A DNA stretch of 63,296 bases, filler included, from Chiloscyllium plagiosum (GCF_004010195.1; 4 parts of one record of this genome joined end to end with filler, not necessarily neighbours in it), one strand, 5' to 3'; numbered from the whole stretch's first letter, positions 13,421 through 26,665 are shown. Numbers and translations are program-made. Notes: generated by a model not told the origin, from the letters alone.

Positions 13421-13821
13421 GGTAGCAGAGGACAGTCACATTAAGATTTGTGTTTGTTTTGGAATCTGAAGTGGGAGTGTCAGTGAAAAGTTGAACATTT
13501 GGCTTCAATAAAGTAAACCAGCTATTTGAATAGGAGGGGTTGGGTGATACACGAGCAGAGAAATCCAAGGGTTCAGATTCTCAAGATAGACAAGATGACC
13601 AACAATAGCAGTACATTGACTAAGGGCTGCTGCTCACATGGTAAAGCAACACCAACACAATATGGATAGTCTAACAAGTCTGCTACTACGTTATAATTCC
13701 CATGTAATTCTGCTAATACGGATTAGAATCCTTTATCCTTGAAAAACACAACATGGCAAGACTTCTCCAACATGTAAATAGTCTCTCAAATTGTTTTCCT
13801 GCACACCTGCCCCCCTACCCC

Positions 13822-14342
13822 CAAGAAAGTGCATAAGGTATGAGCAGGTATGGAAAGAGTTAAGTTTTGTGAAACAAAAGGATTCAGCTAAGCATGACTC
13901 AGATCAGATAAGAACTTGCAATAAACAATGAGGTACTAGAGGCAAGGTTACTGAGTTAACAAGGTGAAAAGGCTTTCATTATATAAAGCCCTTTAAGAAA
14001 AAGCAGCAGTCAGTTAAGGAGGGGAAAAGTATTCATTTTGTGAAGCCAGTTAACAAGGTTAAGAACATTTATTATGTAACTGTAGACTGCTTAATCTTTA
14101 CTACTGACACTTGCTGATTGTAACAGTCACCTCATTAATATGTAGGTGGCCTTATCTGGATGCTCTTCCCTGTAAATGACTATATATTTCATTAAGAAAC
14201 TGCTTATTCAGAGAAGACAGAACTCATGTCTCTCTACATATGGACGATCGTTCTTTCTCCCTCCAGGACCCGGAAGATCAGGGAGGTAAAGCCATACTGC
14301 ATTTGAGTGTTTTGCTTTGACTGAGGCGGGAACGGGATGACA
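13822..14342 (+). mobile_element. Solo LTR (ERV1/Gypsy-like, 4-bp TSD CCCC)
   Basis: Aligns end to end with the reverse complement of 17748-18255; ends AACGGGATGACA; CCCC at 13818-13821 and 14343-14346; TATA-like TATATATT near 14181; the 5' TG appears mutated. Confidence 0.8.
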
Positions 14343-15869
14343 CCCCAACCTCTTGCTTCTATTTATCATATCAGACAATTTAAAAAAAGGCAAGAGCTAT
14401 CTATGATCACACTGACTAACTAAGTACTTGCAAACAGATTAGACTATTCATCGTTACTATGCATATGATCAATCTTTGCTGACACAGATTCAAACTCAGA
14501 ACAACAAGAAACCCTCATCCAAAGAGCCATAAAGCTGAAGTGATGAATATTGGCTATGATAATAGCAAAACATAAGTTAGAAACTATCTACTCTCTTCTC
14601 CAAAATGAAACTTATCCACAGCTTTCTGGATGGGAAGCAGGTACAGTCTAGAGCCCTTTAATATTGTTCAACGTATCATCTCAGCAAAACAATCAACTCA
14701 TTCAGAATCCTGCACAGCTAAACCTGCACTGACTAGAATTTGGAGATCAGTATTCTTACAACACAATTATGCAACATAATATGCTGACCTGGAGAGAACT
14801 GTGGTTAGGTGAGCTACCATCAATTCTTGGGAACCAAGCTTTCAGGATAGATTGGGATCTACACAACCATATGGAAATAATGCACAACTATTAGAAATTT
14901 GGCTTATTTGGGTCAGACTCTCCTTTCTTCCTTACATGTGGACTAACAGTCAAAACATGCCAATACTTTTCATTTACCATCTAAATGTCATGATATCATC
15001 AGAAAGGTTTCCACATCACTACTGTTCAAAGACTTAATATTCTAATTTTATAACATTAGTGGCAGTGAGTATAATTCTGCAAAGATATCACAGTTGCATC
15101 ACACTCCTTGCAGTAAAATGCATTCAGTTACAGGTGCAAACAACCAAATCCTATTCTGCGTTTTCCAGATTGTAGATTTCCCAATTTAAATTCTTCAATC
15201 AAACACATCTTCTTTGATCCAATGATGAACAATATATCTGGTCTCTGCAAAGTAAACTTGACTTCATTTGAACAAATTGGAATCAAAATTACAGCAAACA
15301 GAACTCTGCATGGACACAAATACCACACACAGAACAATTCTTTGGTTTGGCATTTAACAACTGAATGGTCAAAATCCAAATAAACCTTTTGCCACCTTAT
15401 TGTGTGTTATGACTTCAATTGTTTCAGTATCAAACACTCAAAAGAATGACTCCACAGAGTTAAGGTGCAACTTATTACTGGTACCACGTTGCATTGTTCT
15501 GACTATTCATAGGGAAATAACATTCATTATGTACTATTTAACACAGGAAGATTTAAACTCTTGCTCTAACTGTTGCAAGCAATACAATGTAAGATCTGTA
15601 CACAGAGCTTCATCATTCCAGATAAAAATTGAAATATTTCAATGTAAACCAGATTTATGTCAAATGTAGATAGAGATAATATGGTCCAATAGATGGAGCA
15701 AAACAGCCATGCTATTCTAACAAATGCTATTTCAGTCCTAAAAAGTAGACTTAACAATGACATCAATGATGGCACCATCTGGAATGCTGCCAAGGAACAA
15801 AAGCAATTACTTACTACACCAGGAAAGAAGGCAACTTTATTCCAGTTAAAACATGCATTGTGAAAACAA

Positions 15870-16030
15870 AACAAAAGAACAAAATTGCAGATGCTGAAAA
15901 TCTGAAACGATAACAGCAATTGTTGGAGAAGTTGTATTTTCGAAGGGTCAATGGACCCAAAATAGTGTCTGCTTTCTTTCCAGAGATGCTGTCATACCTT
16001 CAGCTTCTCCAGCCATTCCTGTTTCTGTTG
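15870..16030. mobile_element. Degenerate palindromic PLE pLTR-derived element
   Basis: GCAGATGCTGAAAATCTGAAAC...TGTTGGAGAAG arm with an inverted CTTCTCCAGCCATTCCTGTTTCTG arm. Confidence 0.5.
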
Positions 16031-16073
16031 TAAAATATTTAGTGACCCAGAAGCAAGAATATTACCTTTTCTG

Positions 16074-16277
16074 TAGTCGGTTCTGCAACAACGTGCTTTT
16101 TTCAAGGCAAATTAGCTTTACCGCAATTGAAGAAATGGTAGACGTGAACTTTCCTTATCTGTAGTGTCTATAACACAATCTAGCCCCATTAGTTTAAGTG
16201 GCACAACTTTTGTGCAATTTTCTTATAATGCAAGATCATACAAAAATGGAACAATCGCTTTATATTCGAACTGACTG
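16074..16277. mobile_element. Tigger/pogo-like MITE, degenerate
   Basis: Ends TAGTCGGTTCTGC... / ...CGAACTGACTG-TA form imperfect TIRs. Confidence 0.55.
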
Positions 16278-17747
16278 TACTTTGTAATGTGGGCTGAAAT
16301 GGGAAAAGGACTACTGTAAAATCCAAGGATTGTGGACAAGAATATTGAACTTTTCAAAGACAAAATTATCTTATATTCATTATAAGTGCTGTTTGCGGAA
16401 GCAATAGGAGAAGTCTGGTGGCAGATAAGCGGGAGTGAAAAGGTGTGTGTAAATGGAGAGTTGACCGGCAACAAGTCATTGAACGCCCATTATTAATGGG
16501 TGTCAAAAACTAACTAATTGGCTGCCAGGTAACTGAACAACTTGTGGATACAAATGTTTGGTCAAAAACCACTGAACTTCAGAAAATGGAGTTGCTCTTT
16601 CTCTGCATTACGAAAACATGTGAAGCCTGAAGGAAGCTAGTTCATTTTCCCCTCATCATTTGCTATAAGCTGTGGCTCTTAACCATTAAATCAGAGACTT
16701 GACAACTGTGCTTCAGTTGCTTCTTGCTTCCTCCGTGCAAGTGGAAGTACCTGGAGAAAGAAGATTGACAAAGAGCAGGTCTGGACAAGACAAAAGGATC
16801 ATCTGAGTTAACTCTGATCAGGGACCACTGAACTGTCCTTCTAGTTGCTTGGCCCATATAGCAAAAGTTCTATGGGGTGAGAGTTTGAACTCAGTTATAT
16901 GTCAACTGCTCATTATCTGTACCTAGAATATATTTAATTGTGATAAACACCAATTCTTCTTAAATACAGAAACCTAGTCTGCTCGTGGTCAATGAAAGTG
17001 ATTTGGAGGAAAACGTAGCTTGTTGAATTAATAAGTTTACAGACAATACAAAGATTGGTGCAGTTGTGCAAGATAAGGATGATTGTCACAGGATACAGAT
17101 CAGTTGGAGGCATAGGTAGAAAAATGGCAGATGCAGTTGAATCCGGACAAGGATGGGAGAACAATCGCAGATGTAAGGGCTGCTCCTTTTTTGAGGTATT
17201 TTAAGTGTTGGTGGTGATGTCCTTCAATTCCAGGAGCAGTAATTAGTGTTTTATAAGCTTAGTCATGGTTTTGGAACTTTTTTGGGGGAAAAAAAAGATC
17301 AAAACAACAGCACTTTGAAAAGGAGGAAGAGTCACAAAGGCAGAGTCCACATGGTCAGAGAAAGAAACCTACATTGCTGTCTGACACAGCAGCAAATCTG
17401 CACAGCTAATGCCTTTGCTGTTTGAGTTCAAGTATCGCTGGACATTTGAGTCTGTCAAAGAAAACAAACAGCAAATTTCACAGCTGAGCTTGGAACCTGT
17501 GTGGGAGAGCTCACAGCGCAGGAACAGATAAAGGCATAGATTTTAAATGCAACCTTGCTGTAAGTCTACAGAAATAGAGTGGGTTCCTTCTTGATTATAT
17601 GTTTTATTGAGATCTCTCTCTGTTAGATTTTAAAAATATAAAACATAGGTATAAAGTTAGCCTGAGTCACTTTTTTCAGAGCAGTAAGACAGTGCTCTTC
17701 TCTGGGTCTGCAGATTGTTAAGGAGCAAAAATGGCATTTAGTGGAGT

Positions 17748-18255
17748 TGTCATCCCGTTTCCCTATCCCTGTATCAATCGAAACAACCGCTCAGAGGCAC
17801 AGTATGGCTTAACCTCCATCTTTATTCCAGGCCATGGAGGGAGAGAGAATGGTCACCTATGTGCAGAGAGACAAGAGCTTCTCTGGAAAAGCAGTTTCTT
17901 ATTGAATTATATAGTCATTTTATAGAGAGAAGCATCCAGATAAGGCAACATACATTTTGATTGGGTGACAGTTACAATCAGCGAGTGTCAATAGCAAAGA
18001 TTAAAGTAATCTGGTGTTACACAACGAATGATCCTAACCTTAACTGGCTTCACATACGAATAATTTTCTTCTTAAACTGTCCTTACATGCTGAATGCTTC
18101 CAATACTGTTAATGAATGCTTTTCCACCTTGTTAACCCATTACCCTTGCCTCCAGCGCCCCATTGTAAACTTTAAGTTCTTATTTGATCTGAATTATGCT
18201 CAGCTAAACCTCAGAACTTAACTCTTTCCCTGCTTATATTCTATACACATTCTCA
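17748..18255 (-). mobile_element. Solo LTR, TG...CA, 4-bp TSD GAGT
   Basis: GAGT at 17744-17747 and 18256-18259; removing it restores the CR1 ORF1 start; minus strand shows CCAAT, TATA and AATAAA in U3-R order. Confidence 0.88.
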
Positions 18256-18315
18256 GAGTGATCTGCTCTTCCTGTCTGATGTGAGAGATTAGGAAGAGTT
18301 TCCATATTACTGACT

Positions 18316-18517
18316 TGGAGGTGGCGGTGTGGACTGGGTGTACAAAGTTAAAAATCACAAAATACCAGGTTATAGTCCAACAGATTTATTTGGAAACACT
18401 AGCTTTCGGAGCGCTGCTCCTTCACAGACGATCCACTTGACAATGAGCTGTGCTCCGAAAGCTAGTGCTTCCAAATAAACCTATTGGACTATAACCTGGT
18501 GTTGTGTGATTTTAACC
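18316..18517. mobile_element. Palindromic PLE pLTR-derived mini element
   Basis: Arms CCAGGTTATAGTCCAACAGATTTATTTGGAAACACTAGCTTTCGGAGC / GCTCCGAAAGCTAGTGCTTCCAAATAAACCTATTGGACTATAACCTGG; decayed TSD CCATATTACTGACT / CCATGTGACTGATT. Confidence 0.8.
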
Positions 18518-20559
18518 ATGTGACTGATTATTCTATCTGCAAAAGTTTGGTTCAGATCGCATGGATCAGCTGGAGCGATAGCTAGAGGCCAGGAGGAATT
18601 TACAGGAGCTAGAGGGAGTGGTGGTTGGCAATTATGGGAAGGGAGAAAAACTGCAGAGGAGTCAGGTAGATAGGTTAACTCTAGCAGGAGAGGGAGGCAA
18701 GGAGTACAGGATTCTCCTGTGGCTGTCCTCATCTCAAACAAGTGTGCTGTTTTGGAAAAAGTCGGGGTGATGGACTGTCAGGGGAATGTAGCACAAACAG
18801 CCAAGTTTCTGGTAGAGTTTGGCTCTAATGTAATGAGGGATACATCAGGTTCCAAGCGATCGATTGTGAAAAGGAACTCTCTCATCAGAAGCACAGACAG
18901 ACCTTTCTGCAGACAGCAAGAAATCAGAATGGTATGTTGCCCGGTGCCAGGATCAAATGATATCTCAGAGAGAGTGCAGAATATTCTCAAAGGGAGAAGG
19001 ATCAGCAGGAAGTCATTGCGCACATTGGAACCATCAAAGGGAAAAGGATGAGATTCTTAAGGGAGAATATAGGAAGTTAGGCAGAAATATGAAAAGAAGG
19101 TCCTCAAGGGTAGTGACGTGTTCTCGTCCCAGTGCTACAAGGTGGTGAGGGGAGGAATAGGAAGATGGAGCAGATGAATGCATGACTGAAGAGCTGGTGC
19201 AGGGGAGAATAGTTCACATGTTTGGAATCGCTTCTGGGGTGCAAGTGGCCTGTATAGGAGGAATGGATTGCACCTGACTTGGATGGGGACTGATGTACCA
19301 GGGGAAGATGTCCTGCCATGGAGGGGGTTGCTATACTGGGTGGGGGCTATCCCACTGCTGCTCCAGTGGGGTGTGTGCAAGTGTGTTGCGGGGGATGTGT
19401 GTTGTGATGTTGGACCCAGATAGTGAGGAAAGAGATCACTCGGACACTGATACAGTTGGGAAAAGGAGTAAGTCAAGCCAGTCATGGCAGGCAGGAACAA
19501 AGCAGAGAACAAGGTAAATTAAAGCATATTTATTTCAATGCAAGAGGCCACACACAGAAGGCAGATTAGCTCAGGGCATGGGACTGGGATATCATAGCAA
19601 TTACAGAGATGTGACCTCAGGATGGATAGGATTAGCAGTTTAATGCTCCAGGAAACAAATGTTACAGGGTATAGGAGAGAGAGAGAGAGCGCGCATGTGT
19701 GTGTGTGTGCTTGTGCGTGTGCATGTGAGAGAGGGGAGGGAAGCAAGAGAAGAGGGTGTTTGGAGTTTTTGTTACGGGAAAGCATTGTACCCATACTTAG
19801 GGAGAATATTCCTAGCAGTACGTCCAGGGAGGTTATTTGGCTGCAATGGAGAACTAAGAAAGGAATGATCACCTTACTTGGATTGTATGATAGAACCCCA
19901 AACAATCAGCAGGGAAAGGGAGAAACAAATCTGAAAGAATAACAGGGTAGTTACGGTAAGGGACTTCAAACTTTCCAGACACAGACTCAGACTGGATCAG
20001 TGCTAATGGTTTAGACAGAGGAATTTGTTAGTTGTGTACAAGAAAATTTTCTGATTCAGTATGTGGATGTACCTACGAGATAAGGTGCAAGCTTTGACCT
20101 ACTCTTAGGAATAAGGCAGGACAAATGACTGAAGTGTAAGTGGGGAGCACTTTAGAGCCAGCAATCATAATTTTATGAGTTTTAACATAGTGATGAAAAA
20201 GGATCTGCAAGTTAAAAGTTCTAAATTGGAGAAAGGCCAATTTTGACAGTATTATGCAAGAGCTTTCAAAGGTTGTTTGGGGACAGTAGTTCACAAGGAA
20301 AAAGGCAAGGCTGGAAAATGAGCAGCCTTCAAAAATGAGAATCCAAAGGGATTTTATAAATACATAAAGGACAACATGGTAACTAGGAAGAGAATAGGGT
20401 CCCTCAAGGATCAGCAAGGCAGCCTATGTGTGGAATTGCAGGAGATGGGGGCAAAACTAAACCAGTATTTTGCATCTATTTTTACTGTAGACAAGGACAT
20501 GAAAGATAGAGGATGTGGTGAAATAGATGGTGACATCTTGATGAATGTCCATATTACGG

Positions 20560-20796
20560 TTTAAGTTTGTTCGCTGAGCTAGAAGATTTGTTCTCCGAAA
20601 TTTCGTCACCCTGCTAAGTAACTCTGAAGTGCTGGTATTCTGTCCTGCTTGTTATTTGTGTGTCTTGGTCTGTTCTGGTGGGTGATATCACTACCGATTC
20701 TTTTTCTGAGAGGTTGGTAAATGGGTCCAAATTGATGTGTTTATTAATGGAGTTCCAGTTTGAATGCCAGGCCTCTGAGAATTCCTGTGCAGTCTC
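20560..20796 (-). mobile_element. Penelope-like element 3' end (GIY-YIG C-terminus), second family
   Basis: AQEFSEAWHSNWNSINKHINLDP peptide. Confidence 0.7.
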
Positions 20797-21132
20797 TTCA
20801 AAGTTTGAGCGAAGATTTGTAGCTTGAGTGCTCATTGTTGTGGTTCTATTCGCCGAGCTGGGAATTTGTGTTGCAGACATTTCGTCCCCTGTCCAGGTGA
20901 CATCCTCAGTGCTTGGGAGCCTCCTGTGAAGCGCTTCTGTGATGTTTCCTCCGGCATTTATAGTGATTTGTATCTGCCGCTTCCAGTTGTCCGCTGCAGT
21001 GACTGGTATATTGGGCCCAAGTCGATGTGTTTGTTGAGACAATCTGTGGATGAGTGCCATGCCTCTAGGAATTCCCTGGCTGTTCTCGGTTTAGCCTAGC
21101 CCATAATGGTTGTATTGCCCCAGTCGAACTGG
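20797..21132 (-). mobile_element. Penelope-like element 3' end with pLTR and hammerhead motif (20873-20912)
   Basis: FDWGNTTIMG*AKPRTAREFLEAWHSSTDCLNKHIDL; GCA-CTGAGGA...GGGGAC-GAAAT-GTC-TGC with a canonical GUC triplet. Confidence 0.8.
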
Positions 21133-21245
21133 AGTGAGACAGAGGGGAGTGAGGGACAGACAGACAGACAGACAGGAGAGTGTAAACAGACAAATAGACA
21201 GAGACAGACAAAGAAAGAGAGACATACACGTATTGTATATTAATG

Positions 21246-21583
21246 ACGAGGCCACAGCCTAGTGTTAATATTACTAGCTTGTTTATCCAAAACCCCAGAT
21301 GTAGGGGGACCCAGGTTCAAATCCCATCACAGCAGATGGTGGAATTTGAAGTCACTCAAAATCTGGAATAAATAATCTAATGATGACCATGAATCTATTG
21401 CCAATTGTCAGAAAAAAAAACTATCCAGTTCACTAATTACTTTTAGGGAGGAAAACTGCCATCCTTATCTGGTGTAGACTGCATGGGACTCCAGACCCCC
21501 AGTAATGTGGTTGATAATTAGGCATTTAGTGATGGGCAGCAAATGCAGGCTAAGCCAGGGACGCCCTCATTCCCTGAATAAAA
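21246..21583 (+). mobile_element. tRNA-derived SINE sharing its 3' tail with the L2/Crack-like LINE
   Basis: B-box GGTTCAAATCCC; tail GATGGGCAGCAAATGCAGGC similar to the LINE tail at about 37110-37165; related copies at 33050-33320 (+) and 49110-49430 (-). Confidence 0.7.
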
Positions 21584-23218
21584 GGAGGGAAGGATGGAGA
21601 GGAGAGCGTGAGGGACAGGGATCGGTAGTGGCATAATCACATTGGACATTACAGAAATAACAACATGAATACTAGTGTGGCGCATTTTAAATTAATGGAA
21701 CAGATACCAGAATGCTAAGCAAATATGACTATTCACTTAGATGGTGACAAAACCCAGTTGGAAGTGACAAGATTAAATGGAAATCTTTACTTCTGTTGTG
21801 CAGATTCTTGTTTGTTAGTGTTACATGTCGTAAGAGACTGCGTCTGTACTTTGGCATCGCCAGTCTGGGAAAGGTCAAGAAGTAGCAAATCAAGCCGGTT
21901 TCATTTCAGAAAACTTTACATTCTTATGAAGGTGCCCCATTGTTAAGTCAGAAGCACACAGACTCAATAATAGCTAAAATGTCTGAAAATAACATTACAA
22001 AGCAGTCTGTTCAACGACTAGCATTCCTCTATGATCTCATACAGATATGCAAACTGCACTTAAAACCATCAGCATTACAGAGAACCCTCGAGGAATCTGT
22101 ACAATGTCATCTTCAAAGACATCATTACTTTGAAGGTCTGTCTTGCAGTAATAATTTCGATATTTCATACCATTGCAGCCCCATCCATCAGTCTCTCTCA
22201 ACTGTTTGCCAAGGGTAATTTTACTTGGAAATTTAAACCGAACCATCAGGAATGGAACTACTGCGATCCAATTCGCATGCAATTTGTTATACATTGATGG
22301 TCAGAAATGAAGCAATAAATGTTTTTACAGAAAACAAAATCGCTTCAAAACAACTATGCAATTGTTGAAAGTTTCATCATTTTAGGCTTGATGATAACCA
22401 AGTGCAATGAGGTGAGCTTGTAAAGATTTAAATCAATCATTTAGCAACCTCACAAACTTAAAAATGTGGCATACATTTAGAAACTTCTGGACAGAACTTC
22501 AAATTTGAATTGCATGCTTTTCTCCTCACTTCACTACCACTGAACCATCAAAAGCACTGCCAACACCCAAGAAAGTGGTTATAGGTTTAATACAGCAATG
22601 CTTTAATACCCTTGTTTTGATAGCAAGCTCACAATGCAAATACAAGCATACAAAGTGCAAATACTTGCTTTTGAAATCCCAATCAATAGAGTTTTAATAT
22701 GCAATAATCCCCAAAGAAAAGTAGCATAAATACAACATGTTGCCTCATAATTGGTAAATACATCCAACACAAATTTTAGGAAAAGATACAACATAATCAG
22801 CAAGTATTTGCTTATTATTTGACAAGGGAGACAAATGCGGGCCACACAAATCCTAATAAAGCGCGCACAAACAATGGCAATTACTCAATGGCAATTACTC
22901 ATTGGAAAAAAAACCTATTTTGAACACACGGGTACACACACACACAAACAATTACCCAGTAAAGACCCTATAATCCTAAGCTTTGGGCTTTCACCTTCAG
23001 AGTCCTTTTGCTTACTTTAGTTGAGTGAATATAAGTGACGGTCAAGAAAATGAACATAGTATGATCAGTGTAGCAGTAAGCCTGCATATCCAAAATGTTA
23101 CCTTTACCATGAATCTCAGCTTTGCTCGTTGAAAATTGAGTAAAAAAAAACTTAACGTTGCAAAAAGAACTTTTGTATACCAACATTCTCTCAAATTGGT
23201 TATGCATTTTTAATAAAA

Positions 23219-23943
23219 TGTTATGAAGCTGTGGATGTACTTCACCTTTAAGAGAGTTAAAAGCTAGCAGAACTACCTGACAGCACCAAGCATTCTGAAC
23301 AAGATATAATGTAATCTTTTGGTCCAGCAGCTAGTGTAACTGGTTGCATGGAGACAAAAACAAATTTGAATTCGGCCAATAGGTTTAAATTATGCCCCAA
23401 AATACCAACCTCTAATCCAGTTTGAATTTAGTATATTGACAATATTAAAAGACAATATTGACACAACTCAATACTTTGGGGGTATGAGACTGGGAAAAAT
23501 TGAACAGTTTGGTGAAAAGTGCCAAAAGAGCAAAAGATGTAGGCTGCTCGTCAGAACTGTCTGAGGGGTACCTGTCTCGAGAAGGAGTTTGCACAGAGAA
23601 AAACATCACAGACCTAGAGAGCAAACCAACAGAGAAACATAGAAAGAAGCTTTGACTGCTGGCTGGTTTTGAAATTTGAATTTGAAAAATCTTAAATTGG
23701 GGAGTTCTATCCGACTAGTATTATAGAAGGGAAAGTAAAAGATAGGTTAGAGGAAGGAATTGTAAATAGCTCTGAGTTAATTATTCCCTGTTAGTTATTC
23801 TCTGTTATACTTCAAGAAATAAAGTTGTTAATTTTTACACTCTATAGTTCTTGGCCTCTCGAATTTTCACAGATTACTGCATGGCGTAAATCCTTTGTGC
23901 TGCTGGTTTAAATTAAGCAGGAGGGTTTACCCCATGTTTAAAA
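23219..23943 (+). mobile_element. Probable Gypsy-like solo LTR
   Basis: Starts TGTTATGA; CCAAT near 23376; AATAAA at 23818-23823; 3' CA end and TSD not clearly preserved. Confidence 0.5.
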
Positions 23944-23949
23944 GCAGAT

Positions 23950-24682
23950 TTAATTAAGCTCCTTCACTTTGGAAGGAGCAACATGAATAGAGAGTACTGG
24001 GTTAACGCGAAGATTCTTGGTAGTGTAGATGAGCAGAGAGATTTCAGTGTCAATGTACATAGATCCTTGAAAGTTGCCACACAGGTTGATAGGGTTGTTA
24101 GGAAGGCACACCGGGTATTGGCTGTCATTGGTAGAGGGACTGAGTTTCGGAGCCACGCAGCTGTACAAAACTCTGGTGCGGCTGCACGTGGAGTATTGCG
24201 AACAGTTCTGGTCCCTGCATTATAGGAAGGATATGGAATCCTTGGAAAGGAATCAGAGGACATTTACTAGAACGTTGCCTAGTATGGAGGGAAGGTCTTA
24301 TGAGGGACTTGAGGCTGTTTTCGTTAAAGAGAAGAAGGGTGAGAGGTGACAATTCAAACATGAGATAATCAGAGGAGTAGACAGGGTGGACAGTGAGCAC
24401 CTTTTTCCTCAGATGGTGATGGCTAGCATGAGGGGACATAGATTTAAATTGAGGGGTGATAGATATAGGATAGATTTCAGAGGTAGTTTCTGTACTCAAA
24501 GTTAGTAGGGATGTGGAATAAACTGCCTGCAACAGTAGCAGACTCACCAAATTTAAGGACATTTAAATGGTCATTGGATAAACATATGGATGGAATTAGA
24601 ATAGTGTAGGATATATATGCTTCACATTGGTTCCACAGGTCAGCACAACATCGAGGGCCGATGTGTTGTAATGTTCCATGTA
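23950..24682 (+). mobile_element. CR1 LINE 3' fragment
   Basis: ILGSVDEQRDFSVNVHRSLKVATQVDRVVRKA; LYKTLVRLHVEYCEQFW; same subfamily as 60224-61125. Confidence 0.9.
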
Positions 24683-24815
24683 AGACAAATTTACCATCTC
24701 TACTGCCAGATTACTGGAGTATGAATATTCCAGGTATTTATAAACACGACAATCAGAAAGAAACTGGATTCCATTCACATAAAGATAAACTTAAATAAGG
24801 TTACCATAACTTAGT

Positions 24816-25136
24816 GGGCGGCACGGTAGCACAGTGGTTAGCACTGCTGCTTCACAGCGCCAGAGACCGGGTTCAATTCCTGCCTCAGGCAACTGTCTGT
24901 GTGGAGTTTGCACATTCTCCCAGTGTCTGCGTGGGTTTCCTCCGGGTGCTCCGGTTTCCTCCCACAATCCAAAAAAAAATGTGCAGGTTAGGTGAAATTG
25001 GCCATGCTAAATTGCCCGTAGTGTTAGGTGAAGGGGTAAATGTAAGGGAATGGGTCTGGGTGGGTTACGCTTCGGCGGGTCAGTGTGGACTTGTTGGGCC
25101 GAAGGGCCTGTTTCCACACTAAGTAATCTAATCTAA
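24816..25136 (+). mobile_element. HE1-type V-SINE (tRNA head, V domain, CR1-like tail)
   Basis: A box TAGCACAGTGG, B box GGTTCAATTCC, V domain GTGTGGAGTTTGCACATTCTCC...GGTTTCCTCCGGGTGCTCCGG, (TAATC)n tail. Confidence 0.92.
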
Positions 25137-25757
25137 ACAAAACACTTAAATGCCAAGTATATTGACAGCGCTCATCAGCCCAAGCTTCAAAGCTGCCCAG
25201 GTCTTGCTGAATTGTGGATAGGTGTTGAATATTGCACAGTGAACACTTCCACGTCTAACCAAATGAAGGAGGGAAGGTCAATGATGAAGCAATTGAAAGT
25301 GGTTGGACAAGGACACTACCCCAAGAAACTCCTGCAGAGATGCTCTGAAGCAGAGGTCATTGACCTTTAATAGCTCCAACCGTGCTGTCTCTGACAGCCA
25401 TGACTAACTATTGCAGCATTTTCTCCCCGATTCGCACTGACACCAGTTTTGCTTTGGTTCCTTGATGCCATATTGACAAACTTTGCCTTGATGTCAAAGA
25501 TAGTCCAATCATCTCACATTTTGTGACACAGTTGACTGTATTTCCAGCAAAAGCCATGAAATAATGCCATATTTTGGAATTGTTTTCCTACTTAAAGGTT
25601 GTGGTGGGAAAAGTTGAAAATAAAAGTGAGTGATTTGCTTGAGGTAATATCTCAATGTTTCACAAAGCAGTACAGCTCTGTTAATACTGACTAGCAAACA
25701 AGAACTAGCAGTTGCCACTAATGATGCGTGACATAAAAGATGAAAGTTGCTGAAAGC

Positions 25758-26193
25758 ATGCAGGTTTATGGGTGGTTGTTATGGGGGACTTTAACTTTCC
25801 TGATATTGATTGGGAAAGCTATAGCTCAAGTTCGTTAGATGGGTCAGTGTTTGTCCAATGTATGCAGGAGGGTTTCCTGACACAATATGTAGATAGGCCA
25901 ACAAGAGGTGAGGCCATACTGGATTTGGTTCTGGGTAATGAACCAGGCCAGGTGTTAGAATTAGAGGTACGTGAGCACTTTGGGGACAGTGACCACAATT
26001 CGGTGACTTTTACTCTAGCGATGGAGAGGGATAAGTGTGCACTACAGGGCAAGAGTTATAGCTGGGGACAGGGAAATTATGATGCTGTGAGGCATGACCT
26101 AGGATGTGTGGCCTGGAAAAGTAAGCTTCAAGGCAAGAGTGTAATTGATATGTGGAGCTTGTTCAAGGAGCAACTATCGAGTGTCCTTGATAA
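25758..26193 (+). mobile_element. CR1 ORF2 APE-endonuclease fragment, cut by a gap
   Basis: VVMGDFNFPDIDW...AILDLVLGNEPGQV..HFGDSDHNSV, open frame. Confidence 0.9.
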
Positions 26194-26293
26194 NNNNNNN
26201 NNNNNNNNNNNNNNNNNNNNNNNNNNNNNNNNNNNNNTTAATTAATTAANNNNNNNNNNNNNNNNNNNNNNNNNNNNNNNNNNNNNNNNNNNN
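26194..26293. other. Assembly gap spacer (44N-TTAATTAATTAA-44N)
   Basis: Six-frame-stop linker centred in exactly 100 bp. Confidence 0.97.
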
Positions 26294-26665
26294 GGGAGGG
26301 AGATGGGCGGGGGGGGGGGGTCGGACATGGTGATGGCGATAGGCGAAGGGGCGGGGTTAGACGTGGTGACGGAGATGGGCGTGGGGGCGGGGTTAGGCAT
26401 GAAGTCGGAGATCGGTGAAGGGGCGGGGTTAGGCGAGGTGACGGAACTCGCCGGGGGCGGGGTTAGGCGTGGAGATCGGCGTGGGGGCGGAGACACATGC
26501 CTTCTGTGCAGAGGAGATGACCTGGGGGGTGCAGTGAGAGAGGGACTCACTGAAACCTTTGTAGAGGGAGAAAGAGAGCTTCTTCAAGGAAGGCATCCTT
26601 GTAAGATCCTTCCAGCAACACATTTCCATCTCTGATCTCCAGCATCTGCAGACCTCACTTTCTCC
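26294..26665 (-). mobile_element. Penelope-like element 5' ORF start with about 30-bp Pro-rich tandem repeats, plus a short inverted pLTR tail
   Basis: RMPSLKKLSFSLYKGFSESLSHC is similar to 37773-38000; repeated GGGGCGGGGTTAGGC encodes xPNPAPxP. Confidence 0.7.

Larger units (their letters stand above)
17168..20560 (+). mobile_element. CR1 LINE 5' portion (5' UTR, ORF1 with CxxC and esterase-like region, start of ORF2), interrupted by a solo LTR and a PLE
   Basis: ATG at 17731 gives MAFSGV|ICSSCLM once the LTR is removed; NSLIRSTDRPFC..IRMVCC.PG..DISERVQNILKG; APE remnants; heavily degraded. Confidence 0.75.

Noticed and set aside
13822..18255. Single provirus bounded by the two LTRs
   Set aside because: The LTRs are inverted, have different TSDs, and no gag/pol lies between them.
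24814..25122. GGTVAQWLALL-type ORFs and tRNA-like heads in several copies
   Set aside because: SINE translations; the heads do not fold into complete tRNAs.
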